Assembly (NCBI GenBank): GCA_949358305.1
Contig: OX442314.1
Location: 6,510,001-6,574,000, forward strand
Reading direction: 5' to 3'
DNA length: 64,000 nt
Origin: Strigamia acuminata
Taxonomy: Eukaryota
How positions within the stretch are numbered: the stretch's first letter is position 1; every line of letters begins with the position of its first letter. A model generated the notes under the pieces. It was not told the DNA's origin. It worked only from the letters and a program-made list of their open reading frames with translations, and made no database searches. Positions 45,650 to 57,896 of the stretch are shown here, piece by piece. The position numbers and the translations under genes are program-made.

Positions 45650-48600
45650 TCAATTCCAACAGAACTTTGAGGCTTTTCCTCGTTGTTGGTATGGTTTTTT
45701 AAATACTGCAGTGATGTTTCGCACGAAATTTTCATCTGCATATTTAGGATTTGGTTTTCGTTCTCGTCGTGGACGAGTGCTAGTTCGTGGAACTATTGGT
45801 TGGGGTTTGCGGGGTTTTCGAGGTGGTTTCTTTGGAGTTTCACCTCTTTTCAACGCCGCTTTCTTTTCTATAGCAGTTAAACGTTGTCTATGTCTATGTT
45901 TAGACTTAATGGGCGCAGATTTGCCAATTTGCACCGAAGTTGAGTCGGATAATTCCATTGGAATTTCTGAAGAAGTTTCAGGAATTAATTCCATTTCTTC
46001 AGCATCCGGAAGTTGGTTACTTTCATCCATCCATTTAGGATTTTCTTGAGGCGAGTAAGAGGCGGACTTTTGTCCTACTTTCCAAGTCTCAACCGGGTAT
46101 GAGGGCGTATAGGGGTACAACGCTTTAATGTTCACTGATTTTTCAATCGAACCATCAGCTAATTTGCGTAATTTATACGCTCCGCCTGGAAGTACTTTAG
46201 TAATCTCCCACGGACCATCTCTCTTCTCTGCGAAACCAGCAGAAATATTTTTATCTGCGCACGAGAGAATGTGAGTTTGTTTCCAAACTAAATCTCCAAC
46301 TTCAAACTCCGTAATTACGAACTTCTGTTCGTGTATTTTTCTATGCCGTTCAAAATTCAATTGAATTCTGCGATGCATCTCTTGATGCGATCTACGTAAT
46401 ATATCCAATAGTACTCTGACATATTTTTCTGGATTTTCTTTGTCAAATGGATTGGCATGTTTAATAATCCTTGGGTCGAAAGGTAATGTTACGATTCGTC
46501 CCGTGTTTTCCGTTATCGCTCACAATCTTTTTGGGGTGTCCCCATCTGTTTGTAACAGATCTTAATTCTTGAACGCAGTTAGCGCTCGTGGCTTTTGTCA
46601 AAGCCTTAATTTCAACGAACTTGGTACAATTGTCAATAATGACAAAGATATACTGATTTTGGGACCTTCCCGCGGGTTTCGGGCCCATCAAGTCCATGTT
46701 AATACATTCCCAAGGATTGGTCATGTTGTGTGGTGTGTAAGGAGCTGCGTGCCTTTTCTGTTGAATAAGCTTGTACTGAGCACAGTGCGTGCAGCTTTTG
46801 ACGTAGTTCCTGACACTTCTACTCATACCAGGCCAGAAATATATTAAACGCGTTTTCTCAAGCGTCTTACTCATCCCAGCGTGACCGCTTAGGGGGTGGC
46901 CATGACAAGCAAAGAGTACTCGTTTTACGAGTGAACTGGGTACAACGGCTTTAAAGCCGTTTCCTGAATCGTTTAATTCCTCTTCGAATGAAGGGTTAAA
47001 ATAGATGATCATTTGATCACCATCAACTTCTTTTTTGTCTAAACAATAGTTTTTGACTTTGTTTTTCCATTCTTTTATTTCAGATTGTGGTATCCCAACA
47101 ACCTTGTCATTCAATAAATATTCCCGAATGCGTTTGCATTCAGTATCTAGTAACTGAGCATCTATTATTTCTCTCCTTGTAGGAGGGACTTCTTTAAGTA
47201 CTTCAGTCAACGCACTGTACAAGGTTTCTTGTACTTCCTCCCCCTCCTTTTCTTCAGAACATTCTTTAGAATTTTCTGAAAAATAGGAACGCATACTAGC
47301 CAAAAATTCTTGTTTTTCTGGGGCACGATTTAATGAAACAGAAGGATTTCCGTCCCATTCAGGCCAATATTGTTTAATTTCGACAGGTTCCACATGATCT
47401 CGAAGAGGAATGTCTTCCTCTGTTAGTGGGGCTCTAGAAAGTGCATCTGCAACTTGATTAGCAGCACCTTTTCGAAAAACAATTTTAAAATTTCCACATT
47501 GGATTCTTAAGGCCCATCGGCCAAATTTCCCAGATGGTTCAGGCGTTCGCATCAACCATTTCAGTGCTTCTGCATCTGACTCTAAAGTGAACGTACCATA
47601 TTCGAGATATGGTTTAAATCGATCGATAGCCCACACGACTGCGAGACATTCGAGTTCCGGCGTTGTATAACGCTTCTCCGCTCCACGTAAAACTCTGCTT
47701 GCATAAGCTACAGGTCTGGGTACAGAAATGTTTTTCTGCTTCTTTTCATCGAATATATCGACGTCTTGGCAAAGGACAGCTCCTAAGCCTTCATGTGAAG
47801 CGTCAGTCATGACAACAAATGGCAAAGTCATATCTGGTTTGTGTAGACAATTGTCACCACAAAGTAGCTCTTTAATTTTATTAAAAGCTTCTGTCTGCTC
47901 ATCTCCCCATTCAAATGGAGTTTTCTCATTCATCATACGTGTGTATGGTGCGGCAATAGTTCCGTGATTTGGAACAAACTTCCTGAAGAAGTTAGTCATG
48001 CCGTGAAAGCGCTGAATGTCTTTAGCACATGTGGGGGTGGGAAATTTCATAATCGCCGATATTTTATCGGGATCACCGAAGAGACCTTCGGGTTTAATCC
48101 AGTGGCCCAAGAATTTTAATTCTGTACGCCCAAAACGAGATTTCGCTTTATTTATTGTCATGTTGGCTTGGTTAAGCCTTTCTAGAACATCTCGAACGTG
48201 TTTGAGATGATCATCCCAGTTATCTGAATATACAATTACGTCATCCAAATAGACTAACGCGTAATCTTGTAAAGCTGAGCCTAAAATGCCTTCCATCAGA
48301 CGCTGGAAAGTACAAGGCGCATTGCAAAGACCAAACGGCATTCGCACAAACTGATATGGACCATTTGGCGTGTAAAATGCCGTCTTTGGACGATCTTCTT
48401 TACACATCTCGACTTGGTAGTAACCTTTGACAAGGTCAATTGACGTAAAATACCTAGCAGGACCAGTATTATGCAATAAGAGGTCAATACTTGGCATTTG
48501 TATTACTTCGACTTCGGTGATGGCATTCAGCCACCGGTAGTCAATACACATCCTATACAAGCCGTCAGGCTTCGCAACGATGACTGGATGACTTATAAAT

Positions 48601-49619
48601 GGCCCTTTGGCCTTTTCAATAAGACCATCCTGTTCAAGTTCTGCAGCTAGTTTGGTCATAATGGCTCTCTTGGCCGGGTTATACATTCTATACTGCATTT
48701 TGGGCAATGAATGCCCTTCCTTGAACTTAATACGATGCTGGGTCACGTTAGTGCACCCAACTTGATCTCGAAATACATTCGGTATCGAGTTAACCACTTC
48801 GCGAAGTGCTAGTCGTTGTTCTGGAGTGCAGTCGCTCTCCTCAACTAATTTCTCATCCCAAGTCAACACAGGAGTGTCTGTTAACTCAATTGAGTTGAGA
48901 GTGGACGACAGTCCTAAATAATCGAAAGTAATTCGATTTAACGGGGCGAGGGCCAAATTGGCTTCTTCCGACTCATAAGGGGCGGACCAATTAGGTTTAT
49001 CTGCACAAGAGAACTCTTGTAGATGTGGATGCGGACTAATTTTCTGTCTGCGCATGAAATTGTGACCAAGTATCAAGCCACAAACTCGTTTTGCTAAAAC
49101 GATGAAATTCATTGGTGTAAATTCATCAGCCCATTGCACGCACAAAGTTATTTGTCCGACAGGCTTGTGTGCTACGCCTACAGCGTTAACCAACATGTTT
49201 CTGGGGGCTTCTTGCAAAAATTCTGGCAAAGCCTGAGTTTCAGACAAGAGTTGTTCCCCAATGTAACATTGAGATGCTCCTGTATCCATGAGCGCGTTGT
49301 AGGTGAGCCCACCAATTGTGATCTTCATTCGAGGATCATCTTTATTATTACCTAAAGTAATATTGTGCAAATTATTACCACCTATGACTCTGTTGAGTCG
49401 GCGAAGTCTACAGAATTTCTTCGTGTAGCACTTGTGAGGAAACAATGTCAGATTTTTTAATTGCTCCGTCATTTCTTGCAGATTTTCCTCTACTCCGCCA
49501 CTATGACTAGTGGCTACTTCAAGACAAGTTGTGTCTACATCCATAAATAAAATCTCCGATGTAGCATTAGCTACTTCTGGGGGATGGAATAAACCTTCGT
49601 CCCCCGGATCTAGTTTTTT
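45650..49619 (-). pseudogene. Gypsy Pol of element C with a frameshifting deletion in integrase
   Basis: PR (ALMDTGAS), RT (YLDD), RH and the IN N-terminus are intact. SDNGK is fused out of frame to NTGRIVTLPFDPR at ~46506, and about 78 codons present in A, including the catalytic E, are missing. Confidence 0.9.
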
Positions 49620-51907
49620 GAACTAGTAGCACTTGAATCTGTCGATTCGGGCTTGATCAAAGTTTTGACCATTTCTGCCAACGAGTTGGTCAGCGAAGTT
49701 TGTAACTTATTTTCAAAAGTATTTAATTTCGCATCAAGTTTAGCATCTAGTGTTGCATCCAACACTTCTTGAGTTATCCACCTATTATTAGGTCGTTTAG
49801 AAGTCGGATCCACAGTCGGGGAATCCGGAGTACCACGTTTTTGTAACTCTTCAGAGTTGAAATTTGTGCGTGGTTTTGGATTTGTACATTCCCGACGCAC
49901 ATGTCCGGGCTGTTTACAGTTATAACAGACTATTTGACCACGTCTGGTCTGATCTACTACTCCATTTATTAAATAAACGGCCTCACACTCCTCAGGTAAC
50001 TCTTCATCACAAATATTAAGTTGTTCTTGTGAATCCAAAGTTAAGGATTTAGCATTTGTCTTCAACTGAGGACGAGTGTCTGTTTTCCGAGGTGGGAAAA
50101 CAACTGGATTGGAATTATTCTCCTTTACTCCATTAGCTGTACGACTGTACAGACCTTTATTTTTCGTTATAACGGTATAAATCTCTGTCAGAGGTAAATC
50201 TGCTATGCCTTGCGTGTGCAGAAGCAAATCGTTAGCAGGAGTTACACTCCCGATAAAAAGACATCCAGCCCCTTTTGCATCAAGACTGTCTTGCAATATC
50301 CATAACTGATAATATTTGTGCATAAAGTCGTAAAGACTTTCTGTTTCCAGTTGTCTTAATTTCGTTAATTGATTCGTCCGCTCTTGTCGAGTGGCTACAA
50401 ACCTTTCTTTGAACGCCTGTTCAAATACTTCCCAAGATATGAAATCTCCTCTCCTTTCATGGAACCAACCATGTGCTTGCTCGGTTAGATAACCAGCAAC
50501 GCCTTTAACAAGCATGTCATCGAGTGACATGTTTCGCAGGAAAGCGACATTTTTTACGATAGTGAGAAAGCGTTCGCTTTCATCTGCCTTTCCAGAGAAT
50601 ACAGGAATATCTGGGGGCTTCAAACTGTTAGTTTGAGGGACAATGGCAGAACTTTTTCCAGCCTGCATCAATTTGTGCATGGTTGTGGCAATTGACGCGA
50701 GGTCATCAGCCGTCATTCCAAAGCTGCTTGGAGGACGTGAATGGTCATTCGACGATCCACCAGTGTTTGATTGACTCGAGTTATTTTGACTTGAGCCACC
50801 ATTGTTGGGGTTGAAATTATTCGACCCTCCTTGATTTGGTCTACTGTGGTTACCAAAATTCGAATGGTTATTCGAATTACCTTGGTTCCCATAATTCGAA
50901 TGATTATTAGAATTACCTCGATTGTTAAAATTCGGACGGTTGTGCGAACTTTCTTGATTACCGAAATTCGGACGATTGTTCGAACTTCCTGGGCCACCGA
51001 AATTCGGACGGTAGTTCGAATTACTGGGTGTACCCTGATTCAAATAATTATTGGAATCTCCATGCTTTTCAGGATTAGAAGGATTATTTAAATCATTCGT
51101 ATCAATCGGGTTATTCGAGTTCGGAGGAACTAAGTGACCCCTTTGCATGTTAGGTGCTGGACTAGAATTGTTTGCAAATCTAGAATTTGGGTCAAAACGG
51201 CGGTTTGGACCTCTTGTCGCACCTAAATTTGGGTTCAAATTTCCAGCGAGATTCGGACAACTATTTGATCCGTTTGGAAAACTTGGATTAGGGTTGGCCA
51301 TATTAGGCGGACCCAAATTCGTTCTGTTGAACGTATTCTCAAAGTTCTCTGGATTTGTAAATCCTCTTTGTTGGTTGCGAGCGAAGTTATTCGCTCGTAA
51401 TCGTTGTTGGAAAGCACGATTAAAATCTCCTGGTGTCAAATTCGACTGATCTTGACGAGGAGGTTGTGCATTTTTATTTCTATATCTAGAAATAGGCGTC
51501 GAAGGAGTGGGACTAAAATTGTTTAATCTTTGGCTGGCTGGGGAATTAGGTTGCTCCGACGTAGCACGACGCGCGTGCACAAAATCTAACACTTCGGTCA
51601 AAGATCTAAATTGGTTTGGGTTCAAACCGTGATCCTGACAAAATAATAGACCGCCTCGGCCTAAATGAGAACCTTCAGGAATGCATTCCTCTTCTCCAGG
51701 CGGAGTAGGTTCACGTGGAGCTCTATTCTCTCCAGATGGTCTGGCTGTTTCATTTGAAACGCCATTATGGACCGCTTGGTTTCCCACTTCTTCAATTCCA
51801 TTAGGAACAGGTATAAACCCGGATAGATTCATTCCACCGGTCAAACAAGTTCTTTCCTTACCACGGGTGTTCATGTGATGCTGGTTATTAGTCATAACTA
51901 AACTCAA
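49610..51907 (-). CDS. Gypsy Gag of element C (Asn/Gly/Ser-rich N-terminal half)
   Basis: IPVFSGK..AHGWF..WEVFEQAFK and CYNCKQPGHVRREC. It ends in the slippery TCA AAA AAC TAG followed by a GGGGGA...TCCCCC stem. Confidence 0.93.
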   Translation of the reverse strand: MSLVMTNNQHHMNTRGKERTCLTGGMNLSGFIPVPNGIEEVGNQAVHNGVSNETARPSGENRAPREPTPPGEEECIPEGSHLGRGGLLFCQDHGLNPNQFRSLTEVLDFVHARRATSEQPNSPASQRLNNFSPTPSTPISRYRNKNAQPPRQDQSNLTPGDFNRAFQQRLRANNFARNQQRGFTNPENFENTFNRTNLGPPNMANPNPSFPNGSNSCPNLAGNLNPNLGATRGPNRRFDPNSRFANNSSPAPNMQRGHLVPPNSNNPIDTNDLNNPSNPEKHGDSNNYLNQGTPSNSNYRPNFGGPGSSNNRPNFGNQESSHNRPNFNNRGNSNNHSNYGNQGNSNNHSNFGNHSRPNQGGSNNFNPNNGGSSQNNSSQSNTGGSSNDHSRPPSSFGMTADDLASIATTMHKLMQAGKSSAIVPQTNSLKPPDIPVFSGKADESERFLTIVKNVAFLRNMSLDDMLVKGVAGYLTEQAHGWFHERRGDFISWEVFEQAFKERFVATRQERTNQLTKLRQLETESLYDFMHKYYQLWILQDSLDAKGAGCLFIGSVTPANDLLLHTQGIADLPLTEIYTVITKNKGLYSRTANGVKENNSNPVVFPPRKTDTRPQLKTNAKSLTLDSQEQLNICDEELPEECEAVYLINGVVDQTRRGQIVCYNCKQPGHVRRECTNPKPRTNFNSEELQKRGTPDSPTVDPTSKRPNNRWITQEVLDATLDAKLDAKLNTFENKLQTSLTNSLAEMVKTLIKPESTDSSATSSKN

Positions 51908-53006
51908 AACTAAGAAAATTTCCTAAGTCTGAGAGATAACGATGAAGTTGCAAACGTTCAGGAGGATCGCAAACGAAGCAGTGGTCACACTAGTTCGAAA
52001 GAAGTATGGATACTTCGATACACCTCTCTGATTGGTCAAGTATCAACGCTAGTTCTCGCGAGAGTCCAATCTCGTCCGAGATTGGTGGAAATCATCAAGT
52101 TCGTGGAACCGTAATCTTGACAGATTCCAGTGTTATGACGTAGTCACCAAACAAAATGGATACTTTTCAAAATATTTTTTTAAAATATCACCGCATTTAT
52201 TAATAAATGAATGATCACCTTTATGGAATTTTTTAAAGTTTTAAAACTCGTAATTTCAAAAGACGCGCCGATTCGTTTGAATCGACGGCTTTTCTGCACA
52301 ACACGGGTTGCTAGGCAACACAACAACGAGAATTCTTCTTCGCTAAAATTTGAATGGTATTCCATTCGTAAAATTCGATTCCAAGGTCTTGAAATCCTGT
52401 ACTTTAAACCAACATTTTAATGTAGAGCAAGTCTGTAAATTAAGGTAAACCCATTTGAAATAAAATATAAATTTTACTTCTCGGAAAAATGTCAATTTTC
52501 TTTCTAATTTATTTAGGCAAATAAATTTAGGTTTAACTTGAAGTCTCAAGCAAAATACATGTGAAAAAATATTTCTAAAATTAAAACAACTGTTAAATTG
52601 ATAGAATTCTTTAAGAATTCCATCAAAAGTCAACTTTTCAAAATTAGGCCCGACCGCGTGGTTTTGTCAGATTGTCGACGACAAAATGACGTTACCCGGG
52701 CGGAACCAACTTTAACAAGTTCGGGCAAGATTTTCCGTTCTCGGGGTTAGGCCTTTAGGCCTGACCACGCGGTAGAAATTATTATTTTGTTAAAACGTAT
52801 AATTTCCACGGCGGAGAATAAAGAACAAAGTGAGTTACACTTATTATCTTTTCAACAAAATTTAAGACAAAAATAAAATATATTAGACACTTATAAATCT
52901 CAAACGAAATTTATTTTACACACAAAAATTTTACTGCAAATTTACACTACTCGAATTCATCATAGGCACACAAAACTTCCAAATTTATTTTAAATTTAGG
53001 CAGCCT

Positions 53007-53024
53007 ATCTCGGTAGAACCTCCA
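53007..53024 (-). promoter_or_regulatory. Primer-binding site, tRNA-Gln variant (element C)
   Basis: TGGAGGTTCTACCGAGAT lies 2 nt from the LTR and differs from the A/B PBS at two positions. Confidence 0.82.
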
Positions 53025-53026
53025 CT

Positions 53027-55552
53027 TGTGACGATTCTACTTTTGGCTGATTTAATAGCCATTTAAGATAGATAATTAATCGGTTTAAACAAGACGTTGC
53101 TAGGAGTAGCAACAACCTAACCGAGATAAGCTTACGGAAGTCTGTGTAAAAATATGAATCAATGACTGAGCAGAAATAACTTACAGTTTTAGTGTGACAT
53201 AACATATTTATTACTAAATATTAACGATAACATAATTGGGTTCTTGACGCGTGTAAACGGGCGGCATCAACTGGTTGAGGATCCGGGCGAAGCCAGAGGG
53301 ATACGGCTGACTTGCGGCATCGTCACAAATATCGCTACAGAGACGTATTTGGTCCGCAGCTCGAGTATCTAATAATGCGAAGAGTCCTTCGCATAAGTAG
53401 GAATATTCAGCAGAATATTCCATGTTCCAAATGAATAAAAGTAAAGTAATTAGTGGAATACAACAAATGAATTGTTGTATAAATATTAATTGGGCGGGGA
53501 CCGTCACGACAATTGAGAGAACGTCGCGGGAGTTGTTGAGACTCCATCCGCCAGCATGCCTTACGACGACAAGATCTCGTGATCAGGCGCCGAGTATTTA
53601 ATTGTCCGCTTTAATTCGCTATCGGTGGTACCAACCACCAGGTAAACATTTCTATGGACTTACCGGGTTTAAAAGATATTGCCAATACAGGATTACCAAT
53701 GCCCGAGTAATTTGTTTAGCACAGTGTTCTTCAACTCCTGTTCACGGGTTACTAACCCGGAGGGTACAATGGGGCGGGGACCGTCACGACGGTCGAGAGA
53801 ACCATCGCGGGAGGATTTGACTCCTCCATCCGCCAGCATGCCTTACGATGGCGGGATCCACTGATCGAGCACCGGGTAAAATATTAATCGGCCACTGCCG
53901 TTGGATTACCATTATCCAGGTAGTTATTTATCGCAACATCTTGAAGATATTACTCACGGGCTACCAACCCGGCGTGTTACCTGTACTAGTATATTAGGCT
54001 TTTACCGACTTTTAACGAGCGGAAGGACCAATCGTAGAAAGACGGGAACCTGCGTGGGCTGTTTACAACAGCCATCCTGCAGCGGACTGAGGCCAGTTAG
54101 CTGAGGGACCTACTTTTCATTTAGCAAGGTCGTCGAGGGGGGCGACATTCGACCGAATCTCTGACAATGGCTTCCGAATCCCGCCCGAATCTTTCCGAAT
54201 CCCACCCGAATCTTTCCGAATCCCACCCGAATCTTTCCGAATCCCACCGAATCTTCGAATCTCGAATCTTTAAGTTGTATACAAATCGAGAAAAATAAAA
54301 ACAAAATTTATGATTAAAAAATGTAATAATATTTTTACAAGAAACTTCCTTGAAATTGTCCTTGAAATTGTCCGTAAAATCATCATCGGAAGAAATTATA
54401 CCTGCGCACCTCGCTGCGCGGTATCTGCGCATGCGCATTTACGATTTAGCGCGAACTTCAAATTAATCCCGGAATCGAGCCCGGAATTCATCATTGTTCG
54501 CAATTGTGATTGCATTTGATTGCGTGCTATTTTACCTCGTATTTTACCACATTTCACTAAGAGTTAAAATTAAAATTAAAAAACATTCCCACTTCACTAA
54601 ATTTATTTGAAAAAAATCATATGAATCTTTCTGAATCCCATCCGAATCCCGCCGAATCCCACCGAATCCCGCCGAATCCCACCGAATCCCATCCGAATCT
54701 CCCCGAATCTCATTCGAATCCCCCCCGAATCCCCCGAATCTATCCGAATCCCCCCGAATCCCAGCCGAATCCCCCGAATCTTTCCGAATCTTTCCGAATC
54801 TTTCCGAATCTTTCCGAATCCCATCCGAATCTTTCGAATCCCAAAGAAGATTCGAATCTCTGACAAGCAGATTCTGATTGTCGCACCCCTCGAAGGTCGT
54901 ACTGTATACGATCGTTATATTAAGCCACCGTACGAAGTCCTACTGTCCCGTAGAACAGCTGGCTAACGTTACGGGGCCATTTCATGCGAATGCATGTCTA
55001 TTACCGGAGTTAGCCTTCCCGAAATAGCCCTACAACAGCAATAACAAATAGTAATGAATACTAACTGTGGAGAGCTGAGGTGGCCTGATGTGTCGATAGA
55101 GAATAATGAAATCAAACGATAACAATTCAACTACAGACAATATACAAGTTCAGTTATCAAGCCAGGGGGGTTAGTGGGTGAGAAACTGATGCTTATATAG
55201 TTCTGTAGAACTACTAGATTGGCGACAGCCAATCAGCGTACGAATCGGTGGATTCGTGGGTCACTAGTCCGGACCTAATATATGACTATGCCCAGATGGG
55301 CCCAGTTGGGGTCCGGAAGGGTCCGATTGGTTCCCTTCGACAGGTAAGTAATGTGGATATTGATTCGATAGAATCAACATTGTCAAGTAAATAATACTTA
55401 GTTTATATCGAATAAAATAGTTATATTTTATTCACCGTGTCTAAATAATTATTTATCACACTTTTTAATTTTATCGAGTTTGAATTACGCGCGTTTGGTA
55501 AACAGCGCCATCTATTGTGAACATTGATAAATACGGATTTGTAATCATCACA
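53027..55552 (-). repeat. 5' LTR of element C, containing a MITE
   Basis: Offset 12450 from the sister LTR up to the insertions. Confidence 0.95.
54134..54892. mobile_element. MITE with 8-bp TSD (hAT- or P-like) and subterminal CCGAAT arrays
   Basis: TSD AAGGTCGT (54126-54133 and 54893-54900), TIR CGAGGGG(G/T)GCGACA, and an empty site in the sister LTR. Confidence 0.9.
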
Positions 55553-56055
55553 TATTGACATAAATATTCTCATTGTAAAGTTTGTTTTTTTGTTTCCTGT
55601 AACCTTTAAAATGTTGGTATTGTATTTTTATCATTTTTGAATTTCACCGTTTGAGGGGCAAAGTTGATATTAGCACCAAAGTTTCTGGGTATATCTATAC
55701 GATATTTAGGATGAAAAAATTGATTTTGTGGCAGAATGAAGTGCTGGAATATACATAAAGTCAAATTAGTGCAATTAATAATGTGAAGAAAAACTTCTAT
55801 CTCACTTCTCGTTCAAGACTGCAGTCTTTTTTTGGGAAATCGTTAATCAGTACCCAGTTTAGCTTTCGAGAATATTGAGCGCCAACTGTGTAAAATTATT
55901 GAAATTAGAGAAATAAAAGTACTTGTGTATTTTTACCTTTATTGAACGCAGTACACATTACATACACTGTTGGCTTTAATGATAAGTTGGCATAATATAA
56001 ATCAATTTCATATGCTGGTTTCCCTATCTACAGGTAGAAGTTTATTAAATTTATA

Positions 56056-56799
56056 CAGGGTGTCCCAAATGTCTGGACCCCCCAAATATATCTTGAGCAA
56101 TTGTATCTAGGCCAACTTTGATGAAGCGATCGTAAAGGAAGTTAGGTGAGAACAATCGAATGATGTCATCAAATTTGACCTTGAAGGCCATTTTCAAGGT
56201 CATTCATTTGCTAACTTCTAAACCAATCAGGTTAGAGAAAAATTTTCAATTACAAAGTTGTAGAGCACCATCAAATTAGTGCTATCCAATTTATCTTAGT
56301 CACCTAAAGTTAAAAGTTTTCGTTTTAAAATGAAAACAAATCAGTCGAAATAAAGTCAGCCATTGTGGCAAAAATTAAATTTCTACTGCAAAAGTACTAA
56401 ATTTCTTCAACAAATGTATTCAAATTTGCATTATTATGCAAGCAAACAAAAAAAACCACTGTTTTTTTTAATGTCTAAATTATTTTATTTTCATAAGAAG
56501 AAAAAATTTCAATTTGCTGATTTGTTTTCTTTATTTTTTAAAAAAAAACATTAACTTAAGGTGACTAAGATAGTACTAATTTGATGGTGCTCTACAACTT
56601 TGTAATTGAAAATTTTTCTCTAACCTGATTGGTTTAGAAGTTAGCAAGTGAATGACCTTGAAAATGGCCTTCCAGCTCAAATTTGATGACATCATTGGAT
56701 TGCTCTCACCCAACTTCCTGTATGATCGCTTCATCAAAGTTAGCCTAGATGCAATTGCTCAGGAAATATTTGGGGGGTCCAGACTTTTGGGACACCCTG
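56056..56799. mobile_element. Tc1/mariner-type MITE (same family as 15471-16622), intronic
   Basis: TA|CAGGGTG...CACCCTG|TA with long TIRs. Confidence 0.92.
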
Positions 56800-57896
56800 T
56801 ATACGGTTGTACTTAATACTTTTTTTTACCTTGAGAAAATATTTCCTTTTCTTGTCGTAGTAATCAAGACGAGACGAGACATTCCACAATTGCAGTGGTC
56901 TATTTGCAAATTGAGATGATGGATGAAGTAAATCGAAGAGTTGCAAATGTTTACAATCAGTCATGTTGGCTTCTTTGGTTAGGTTTTTTTTAGCATTCGA
57001 TATGATTTTACTATCTGCACATGCAATAATGAGTGGAAAATGATATGAATTATTTTATCTCTAACAAGTGTAACAGTTCTCAAGACTTCATATTTAAAAT
57101 AAGAATCAATCAAATAGTAAATGTAGTAGAATGATATCAAGACAAAGAATAGTGATGTTGTGATTTTGATCACTTTTTTAACTAAAGTTGGTTTTTGGGT
57201 ATTTTGCACCTCTTCTAGTGTCATTTGAATTTTATCTTTCAACTGGCTATTTGCTGTTGGTGGTTTGCTGATGCATATTTTACATAAGTATAGGAATATT
57301 TCAATCAATGATAAGCAAGACATGCCGAAGTAGAGGCCAAGGTTTCCTCCAATGTCGCATAGCAAATTGATGATGTCATAAGAAAAGTGTTCGACTAATG
57401 TTCGAACGTAAGCATTGACAACGTAAACCTCTATTTTATTTTTACCAAGAGGTGTACTATCGTAAGTTAGTCCGAAACTTGTCTCGTCGCATGAAATGTC
57501 ACATCCACATAGTGCTACCATAGAATTATACTTGATAAGATAATCTATGTCTGCGCGCTGATTCGAACTGTTTTTTCTGTCGCATTCCAGCAGATTTCTC
57601 GCTTCATAAAATGGATATCTAATGTGACAAATTTTATAAAGTTTGATTTTAAATTTTATTAATAATAGTCAGATGAAAAAATATTTTTGAAATGTGCTAA
57701 TTTGTGATATACAAAAAAATTCTTTAATTGATTTCTGTTATTAAGTTGAATTAAAACACTTACTTGCATTCCATTTCTTCGACGATACATGGGCGTAAGC
57801 ATTCATGTAAATTATTATTACCACATGGATTTTTCTTAGTGTTGATGTAGTGATACTAAAACACAAGTTTAAAATACTTGTATTACAAGTATTATT

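Larger units (their letters stand above)
40577..55552 (-). mobile_element. Ty3/Gypsy LTR retrotransposon with ORF3 and deleted integrase core (element C)
   Basis: LTRs at 40577-42329 and 53027-55552, TSD TATT, Gln PBS, PPT (CATCCCCCGGTG on the + strand, 42330-42341), gag, pol and ORF3. Confidence 0.95.

Noticed and set aside
54110..54866. Repetitive ORFs (GFGKIR / PNPPES)
   Set aside because: These are translations of the CCGAAT arrays of a MITE.
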